Shown here: in pieces, positions 1 to 6,453 of the stretch
Layout of the letters: each line of letters starts with the position of its first letter
Numbering within the stretch: the stretch's first letter is position 1
Assembly (NCBI GenBank): GCA_964411135.1
Contig: CAYPJS010000078.1
Span: forward strand, 111,495-175,494
DNA: 64,000 bases
Direction of reading: 5' to 3'
Origin: an uncultured Anaerolinea sp.
GTDB lineage: Bacteria; Chloroflexota; Anaerolineae; Anaerolineales; Anaerolineaceae
Position numbers and translations under genes: made by a program
Notes under the pieces: model-generated
What the model was told of the DNA's origin: nothing
What the model saw: the letters and a program-made list of their open reading frames with translations, nothing else
Databases searched by the model: none

Positions 1-600
1 GGCCATAACAATTTCAACAATACTCTCTTCATCCGAGAAGGGTAAACTTTCGCGGTGAAGGATCTTGGCAGCCTGGTCGGCGAAATAATACACCTGAGTC
101 AATCTGTCGCTCAACTGCGTGTGGGAATCAAAACCTAATACCAGGATGCCTACCGGCTCGGTATCGATCCGCATTGGAAATAAAAAAAGGTTGTCGTTCG
201 GGGAAACCCTCAAGACAGCCTGCTGTTCGTAATTTAGAGGTGAAATATGCTGGTCAATGTAGGTAGGTTCATCCGCCAGGATGACACGCTGTAACAGATC
301 CTGGGTGCGATAATGATCGCGGGAAGCCGCGGGACGCAGCGAACCTGTTTTGTACAGTCCGCTGGAGGCCTGAACCCTGAAAGTGCCCCCTTGAGCCAGC
401 ACCAAAATCTGGCACTGCTTTACTTTTAATACTTCGACTACTTTCACAGCCAGTTGATTTAATAAACTAGATGACCCCTCGTAGCTGAACAGGTGCTCGG
501 AAGTCTCGCCAACCTCCACCAAATGTTCAACTGAAGGAGTAAACAGCGGCCGTGATGTCCGCTGTGATTCACCTAATAAACCAGAGCTACCAGATAACAT
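1..600 (-). CDS. GAF-domain signalling protein, N-terminal part only (runs off window start; possibly GAF + HD-GYP)
   Basis: Not in ORF track. Manual translation from ATG at 600 is open to base 1: MLSGSSGLLGESQRTSRPLF...LLNQLAVKVVEVLKVKQCQILVL...NLFLFPMRIDTEPVGILVLG...YFADQAAKILHRESLPFSDEESIVEIVMA. 'LFPMRIDTEPVGILVL...ADQAA' is GAF-like. HD-GYP continuation is inference only. Confidence 0.75.
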   Translation of the reverse strand, partial: MLSGSSGLLGESQRTSRPLFTPSVEHLVEVGETSEHLFSYEGSSSLLNQLAVKVVEVLKVKQCQILVLAQGGTFRVQASSGLYKTGSLRPAASRDHYRTQDLLQRVILADEPTYIDQHISPLNYEQQAVLRVSPNDNLFLFPMRIDTEPVGILVLGFDSHTQLSDRLTQVYYFADQAAKILHRESLPFSDEESIVEIVMA

Positions 601-680
601 GTAAATATTCCTAAAACCCTAATCTCGTTATGAAAGAAAACGCAATAAATGGATGTAAATTATGTCAGTGTGCACAATTC

Positions 681-971
681 TCAGTCGGCGGCGATGGCTG
701 ACATTCCCATTCGGGGAGATTTCATTGCGACATTGAGCTGGGAGGCAAAATCGGCCAGAGAGGTTGCGCGGATAGCGGTCAGGCGATTGCGGTCTTCGTT
801 TTCCAACAGGAATTTCTCGCCGGCAAAACCTACGGACACTGCCATGCCTGGATTGGAGAGCAATAATTGGCGGAATTGTGAGCTGACCACAGCTGCTGAA
901 AGGATCCGGCCATATTCGCGAGTGACATCCTGCTGACGGTTATTCGGACGGGCGAAGATTGTTTGAGACAT
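681..971 (-). CDS. Small protein (96 aa) resembling NHLP-leader (Os1348/Franean1_4349-like) proteins
   Basis: ATG at 971 preceded by AGGAG (minus strand AGGAGAATCAAAATG). 'YGRILSAAVVSSQFRQLLLSNPGMAVSVGFAGEKFLLENEDRNRL' matches the 'II.RA..D.eFR..Ll.nP..al..y.Lt.eE' pattern. Confidence 0.65.
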   Translation of the reverse strand: MSQTIFARPNNRQQDVTREYGRILSAAVVSSQFRQLLLSNPGMAVSVGFAGEKFLLENEDRNRLTAIRATSLADFASQLNVAMKSPRMGMSAIAAD

Positions 972-1557
972 TTTGATTCTCCTGTAAGGTTGAAACGCGC
1001 TCTCTGCCACCGATGGACCACAAAAGCCAGAAGGCACCCAGGGCAATCAGGATGTCGCCGATGGAAAAAGCGACTTTATACGACCAGCCCGCGGGAGTAT
1101 GGATAAAGTCCGAGAGGAACCAAAGGGTGGTGTCCTCTATCAGTAGGACGATATCCTTGCCGTAGCCTAACCGTTCACCCACCTGCCAGGAGTCTGCTGA
1201 ACCTGGCACCAGCCATTCAACGGTTTCGGGACTGATCGGCATCCATCCGCCATTCAAACTGATTACCAGCAGGTTCAGCAGCAAGCCAGTTCCCAGCACC
1301 AAAAAACCAGGGGTTCGGATGTTGGCTGCCACGAAAATGAGGAGCGCAAGTTGTGAAAGTACCAAAATCAATCGGATACCGAGTTCAGGTATGCTTGACC
1401 GCGTCAGTGGAAATGAAAATGCTAACCACTGGGCGGTTATTGCCAAAAATACAAGCCATACGAGTCGCAAAGGGTACGGCTGATAGGACCGTTTGTTTAC
1501 CGCCGCCCGGAGGGTTCCCCCCAGGAGACCGGCGGCGACACCAATAAGTAAAATCAT
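940..1557 (-). CDS. DUF5317-type integral membrane protein; putative signal peptidase II-like aspartic peptidase
   Basis: Multiple hydrophobic helices; motifs LNLLVISLNGGWMP, FLSDFI and FSIGDILIALG characteristic of DUF5317 and alignable to LspA GN..DR..G / VDFI / FNVAD. Confidence 0.75.
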   Translation of the reverse strand: MILLIGVAAGLLGGTLRAAVNKRSYQPYPLRLVWLVFLAITAQWLAFSFPLTRSSIPELGIRLILVLSQLALLIFVAANIRTPGFLVLGTGLLLNLLVISLNGGWMPISPETVEWLVPGSADSWQVGERLGYGKDIVLLIEDTTLWFLSDFIHTPAGWSYKVAFSIGDILIALGAFWLLWSIGGRERVSTLQENQNVSNNLRPSE

Positions 1558-1570
1558 CTAGGCTGGATGA

Positions 1571-1708
1571 TTAGAAACCGATCCCGAAAATCTGGATTTT
1601 TTCGATTACACCACCACCAGCAGAAGGAGCACCAGAGCCGATAACGAACATCGCAACCGTCAGAACGAAGAGGATAATGCGAGCCTTGGAAGCGGATAAT
1701 TTAGCCAT
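1571..1708 (-). CDS. 45-aa signal-peptide-like precursor peptide MAKLSASKARIILFVLTVAMFVIGSGAPSAGGGVIEKIQIFGIGF
   Basis: Below ORF-track length cut-off; translated manually (ATG at 1708, TAA at 1571-1573). RBS-like GGGA upstream (AAAGGGAAATACAAAATG); basic n-region plus 13-residue hydrophobic h-region; ends 13 nt before the DUF5317 start. Confidence 0.8.
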   Translation of the reverse strand: MAKLSASKARIILFVLTVAMFVIGSGAPSAGGGVIEKIQIFGIGF

Positions 1709-1742
1709 TTTGTATTTCCCTTTCAATTTGTGTTTTCAGTTT

Positions 1743-1824
1743 GTTATAGAATTAGTTTACCGAAGGGTAGGCTTCAAAGGTGGCTTCAATAAGGTAGGTT
1801 TTTAAAATTGGTTGAAAATTGGTT
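1743..1824 (-). promoter_or_regulatory. Putative activator-dependent promoter of the peptide operon with direct repeats
   Basis: -10-like TATAAC (minus, 1743-1748) without a good -35 at 17 bp; exact repeat AAAATTGGTT at 1804-1813 and 1815-1824 (11-bp period); GGCTTCAA at 1770-1777 and 1782-1789. Confidence 0.5.
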
Positions 1825-1898
1825 TGATATTAGTATTTTAGAAATGCACTAATCCATTATAAACAAATTGCGTGAAAAAAGGACCTGTGACACAAATT

Positions 1899-4800
1899 CT
1901 AAACTTTTGGATTAACCGTCCGCCGTTCGCGCGTGAGGTTATGAAATAATGTAACCGTTCCCGGGGAAGGCTTGGCATCTAATTCTTCCCGGAGAATTTG
2001 TTTCAATGCATCATACGCCTGGACAACGCCGCTGGTATTTCCCTTGGCTGATTGAGCCCGCATCACAAGGCAGACCATAGGTTCATAAGTCGGGTCAAAA
2101 TTGAGCAGGAGCTGTGATGTGGTGATTACCTGGTCCAGTTCGCCTTGCTGGAGCTGCAATTCTGCCAGCTGCATCATGGCATCCATTGCCATCTGATGAT
2201 AACGTTCCCGTTCTGCAGTAACCCAGTGATCGGACAGTTCGGGCAGGAGATAACCTTTATAAAGCTTCACTGCCGAAGTGAGATACTTAATGCGCTCATT
2301 TATTTTTACTGCACGTCGAGCAGCGGCCAGGTGCTGATTGAAATTTTCATAGTCGGCTTCATAATCCATCCCGCGGTTAAACAGGTAGAGTTCATCCTCA
2401 AATAACACTGCGTCTTTGCCAGCTGCGTGCCTCAAGCGGTAGATCGTATTTTTAAAGCGCAGCTTCAACTCGGAGGGAGTTGAATCTGGCCAGAAGATTT
2501 CACCAATTTCTTCTTTGGTCAAACCCTCAGGGTGCATAAGCAAGAGCAGCAGCAAATCCCGAGCATTTTGAGACATCCACTCGGCCCCGGTAATTGTATG
2601 ATCGCCAATTTTGATTTGAATTTTGCCGAATGTCAGGAAGACCAGCTCTGGCGGAGCCAATCTTACGACCTGCGATTGGCGCCGGATCTGCTTTCGGATA
2701 CCAGGCAGTTTTTGTTCGAAAATCGAAACCTGAGATAAAAGGCCTGAAAATTTCATTGACAGATCTTCAGGAATCGATTTTTGATTTAATGCTTTTTCGA
2801 TACTTCTGCTTTCGGACATCAATAAATGGGTTAATTCTGGATTTTGGATAATGGGTGACAGGTTTTCGAGGATGTGTCGGGTCGAGGTGAATTGTCCAGA
2901 TGCGGCGGTTGCCAATGCCGAAAGGATTCTGCATCGGTTTGCTTCAATATGATGGCCTTCCTGAGCAAAAAATTCCATCGCCTTGCCGAATTCAAAAACG
3001 GCAGTTTCAAAATCATTATTTTCAAAAGCAATTTTCCCTCGCAACAATCCGCAAAGGTTGACCTGGTAGGGTGAGTTCGCGTCACTCGCCAGAGTCATTG
3101 CATCTTCAAGGGCTTCTTCAGCTTTCCGGATAGATTTTCGACCCAGGGCGAGGTCAGCATTGGTGTACTGCAGATAAAAGTGGAGGAATTGATCATCAAT
3201 TTGCCGGTCAATTTCAGCAGCCTTGGCGTAGGCATCCTCAGCCTCCCGCATTGATTTCAAATCGCGGAAAAGGTCTCCCAGACTGGTCAGGGCATAGGCT
3301 TCCAGGCGTTGATATCCCCCCAACCGGGCGTATTGGATGGACTGCTCAAACTCGAAAAAAGCTTTCTCATACTCGCCAACCAAAAAATGAACCACCCCGA
3401 CGTTATTGAGTAAATTGGCCTGCCAAACCACATTCCCGGTTGATTGATAATACGCAAGGACATCCAGATATGTTTGCTCAGCTTCCGCGAATCTTCCCAG
3501 GTACTGCAAATCCCCGCCGATGTCCAGGGCAACTTTTGTTGCGCCTTGTTCATGGCCTGCGTTTTGATAAAGGACCCTGGCTTTTTGCAGCCAATCGAGG
3601 GCATCCACCAGTTTCCCCGATTGGTACAAGGCGGATCCTTTCGCGTGGTAGGCACCAGCGAGAAGAGAACTCAATGAGGTCCCATCCGATAAACGGATAG
3701 CTTCCTCTGCATCCTCCAATGCCTGCTGGAGGTTTCCCGCCAAACGGAAAGCGGTAGAACGTCTCACATGGGTAATAACTGCGATTTCATTGTCAGGCCG
3801 CACTTTCAACAAAGCTAGAGCTTTGCCTGTGAACTGAATACCAGCCTTTGGATCACCCAGCATCATCATCACCGCGCCGTAGATGGATAAAATGATGGCG
3901 GATTCATCCACCAATAACGTCGGTAATTTCTCCAACCAGTCATGAACTGTCAGGAGCCGCCCCTGGGTAATCATGAATTGACCTGCTCGCTCGATCAACC
4001 GTGCGGTCAACTCTTTATCACCAATCCGTTCACAGACCTGATAAGCCCGCTCCCAATCCAATTGTTCCTGGAAATACTCAGCCAATTTAAAGAGGATTAA
4101 TCTTGTTTCATCCGGGTAAAGCCGGCTCATCTGTGCCTGTAAAAAGTCTCTGAACAGATGATGGTATCTCAGCCAGATCCGATCCTCGATCACAGGTAAG
4201 GTAAATAGATTATTGCGCTGGACTGTATCCATTAGCATTTGCCAGTCCGCAGTCATATTGAGGGCAGCCCCAATCACCTTTTCGCACCTGTCAACATCGA
4301 ACTCGTCCAATAGCGAAGATCGGAATAGGAAAAGCTTAACCTCATCAGTTTGATGCTCTAAAACCTGCTGGGCTAGGTAATCGTAGAGGCTGACGCCTGC
4401 CACATGTTTTGCCTGGAAACGTGTGGTCACGCGCCCATTCTTAATTTCGGTCGAGAGCACCAGACCTGTGATCCAACCTTCGGTGAGCGCTGCCAGGTTG
4501 GAAGCATCCGCCTCATTCAGGATGATGCGATGGTTCTGCAGATAAAGGGATTGGATTTCTTCCATCCGGAAGGCCAGGTCTTCGAACCCCAATCCGCCCA
4601 CGGTTGATCGGGCTACCAGCAGGGGCATATCGGAAAGCGGAAGCAGCCTTCTGGAAGAGATGACCATGTGGCAGTTTTCATCGACCATCATCAGGAACCG
4701 GTTGATGAAATAGTTGATATCCTGGGTATCTTCTACCAGATGGTAGTCATCCAGGACGAAGAGGAAGTGCTCGGTTATGGTTTCATAAATATCATTGACA

Positions 4801-5162
4801 ACCAGAGACACCAGCGCATCCAGATTTAATCGTGCCTGCGACATTCCCTGCAAGGCTGGCATGCAGCTCTTACCAAATTCAGGGAAGACGGCATTCATGG
4901 ACGCAATGAAATGGGCAATAAAGCGTTGAGGATCTTTGTCCAGGTCATCCAATGCCAGCCAACACACAGGCTGCAAGGTTTGATTCACAAAGTCAACCAG
5001 TAAGGAGGTTTTTCCATACCCGGCCGGCGCCGCAACGATGATCAGGCGGTTATCGATAGACTCTTCAAGCACACTTAACAATCGTGGCCTTGAGAGTAAT
5101 TCTCCTCGCCGGCGAGGGATTATTAATTTGGTTCGTGTGATCGGAATTGAGATATCCATCAT
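1899..5162 (-). CDS. MalT-like STAND NTPase-TPR transcriptional regulator with C-terminal OmpR-type wHTH and BTAD domain
   Basis: N-terminal TKLIIP..R..LLSRPRL; Walker A APAGYGKT; Walker B FVLDDYH; WLRYHHLFRDFL; TPR repeats; 'LTFGKIQI...ARDLLLLLL...IFWPD...FKNTIYRLR' wHTH; 'LYKGYLLPE...WV..ERE...DPTYE' BTAD. Confidence 0.9.
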   Translation of the reverse strand: MMDISIPITRTKLIIPRRRGELLSRPRLLSVLEESIDNRLIIVAAPAGYGKTSLLVDFVNQTLQPVCWLALDDLDKDPQRFIAHFIASMNAVFPEFGKSCMPALQGMSQARLNLDALVSLVVNDIYETITEHFLFVLDDYHLVEDTQDINYFINRFLMMVDENCHMVISSRRLLPLSDMPLLVARSTVGGLGFEDLAFRMEEIQSLYLQNHRIILNEADASNLAALTEGWITGLVLSTEIKNGRVTTRFQAKHVAGVSLYDYLAQQVLEHQTDEVKLFLFRSSLLDEFDVDRCEKVIGAALNMTADWQMLMDTVQRNNLFTLPVIEDRIWLRYHHLFRDFLQAQMSRLYPDETRLILFKLAEYFQEQLDWERAYQVCERIGDKELTARLIERAGQFMITQGRLLTVHDWLEKLPTLLVDESAIILSIYGAVMMMLGDPKAGIQFTGKALALLKVRPDNEIAVITHVRRSTAFRLAGNLQQALEDAEEAIRLSDGTSLSSLLAGAYHAKGSALYQSGKLVDALDWLQKARVLYQNAGHEQGATKVALDIGGDLQYLGRFAEAEQTYLDVLAYYQSTGNVVWQANLLNNVGVVHFLVGEYEKAFFEFEQSIQYARLGGYQRLEAYALTSLGDLFRDLKSMREAEDAYAKAAEIDRQIDDQFLHFYLQYTNADLALGRKSIRKAEEALEDAMTLASDANSPYQVNLCGLLRGKIAFENNDFETAVFEFGKAMEFFAQEGHHIEANRCRILSALATAASGQFTSTRHILENLSPIIQNPELTHLLMSESRSIEKALNQKSIPEDLSMKFSGLLSQVSIFEQKLPGIRKQIRRQSQVVRLAPPELVFLTFGKIQIKIGDHTITGAEWMSQNARDLLLLLLMHPEGLTKEEIGEIFWPDSTPSELKLRFKNTIYRLRHAAGKDAVLFEDELYLFNRGMDYEADYENFNQHLAAARRAVKINERIKYLTSAVKLYKGYLLPELSDHWVTAERERYHQMAMDAMMQLAELQLQQGELDQVITTSQLLLNFDPTYEPMVCLVMRAQSAKGNTSGVVQAYDALKQILREELDAKPSPGTVTLFHNLTRERRTVNPKV

Positions 5163-5421
5163 ACCCGCGGGCAGGCAGCTACCCTGTCAAATCTGGTGCT
5201 TGTCGCACACCCCGAATAAAAACTTATGTCGGGTCGAAGAACATAAATGGTCGGTCTTAATAATACACGCTAATCAAAATCGATCCAATGGATATTTTGT
5301 TGGTATTTACTAAACAATAAAACACCTGGCAACACTTTTAGAAACAATTCTTACTGTGGGTACTCGGTAAATCGATGTTTCCGATTACAATTCAGAAAGC
5401 ACAATCCTTGAGGAGGTTCGA

Positions 5422-6414
5422 ATGGAATATAAATTCTTGGGGCAGACCGGGGTCAAGGTATCGCAGCTATGTTTCGGCACCATGACCTTCGGCGACGAAG
5501 CCGATGAGGAAATGTCAGCCCAAATGTATAAGCGCTGCCGGGACGCGGGCATCAATTTTTTTGATTGCGCAAATATGTATTCAACGGGGCGTGCAGAAAG
5601 CATACTTGGCAAGTTAATTGAAGGCCAGCGCGAGGAAGTTGTCATTACCTCCAAGGCATATTTCCCGATGGATCAGGACCCAAATGCGCGCGGTGCCTCC
5701 AGGTATCATATTTTTAATTCGGTTAATGCAAGTTTGCGGCGTTTAAATACAGACCGTATCGATGTGTTCTTTATCCACCGTTTTGACGAATATACCGGTA
5801 TGGAAGAAACCTTGCGGGCTTTGGATGACCTGGTCCGCATGGGAAAAATCCTTTATCCGGCAGCCAGCAATTACGCAGCCTGGCAGATAATGAAATCCCT
5901 TGGGATAGCAGATATCCATAATTGGACCCGCTTCTCTGTGATCCAACCGATGTACAACCTGGTAAAGCGTACAGCAGAGGTCGAAATTTTACCCATGGCT
6001 GAGTCAGAAAACCTGGGTGTCATTCCGTATTCTCCTCTGGGTGGCGGTCTCCTTTCCGGAAAATATGCTGGCGGAACCAAACCTGAACAAGGGCGACTGA
6101 TCCGCAGTCTGCGCTATAAAACCCGGTACCAGGAAGGATGGATGCACAAGACCGCCGAAAATCTCAAATCCTTTGCGGAGAAGCTTGGTGTCCATCCCGC
6201 TTCGCTTGCAATTGCCTGGGTTGGGGCCAATCCGGCAGTTACTGCTCCCATAATTGGAGCCCGAAACCTTGACCATCTCGAAACTGCCTTGCGGTCTGTG
6301 GATATCGATATGACGGATGAACTCTACGAACAGGTTACGGCATTATCCCCAACACCGGCTCCGGCAACTGACCGGAACGAAGAGCGTTTGGTCGACACGT
6401 ATGGTCCACGGTAA
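5422..6414 (+). CDS. Aldo/keto reductase
   Basis: LGQTGVKVSQLCFGTMTFG, GINFFDCANMY, SLRRLNTDRID, PYSPLGGGLL, PIIGAR motifs; RBS GAGGAGG. Confidence 0.95.
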   Translation: MEYKFLGQTGVKVSQLCFGTMTFGDEADEEMSAQMYKRCRDAGINFFDCANMYSTGRAESILGKLIEGQREEVVITSKAYFPMDQDPNARGASRYHIFNSVNASLRRLNTDRIDVFFIHRFDEYTGMEETLRALDDLVRMGKILYPAASNYAAWQIMKSLGIADIHNWTRFSVIQPMYNLVKRTAEVEILPMAESENLGVIPYSPLGGGLLSGKYAGGTKPEQGRLIRSLRYKTRYQEGWMHKTAENLKSFAEKLGVHPASLAIAWVGANPAVTAPIIGARNLDHLETALRSVDIDMTDELYEQVTALSPTPAPATDRNEERLVDTYGPR

Positions 6415-6453
6415 GAACACTCACCTGTTTCAGGGTATTGGAGCGTTCATCAG

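Noticed and set aside
649-936. 95-aa plus-strand ORF
   Set aside because: Antisense shadow of the NHLP-like gene, which has a strong RBS and a recognisable motif.
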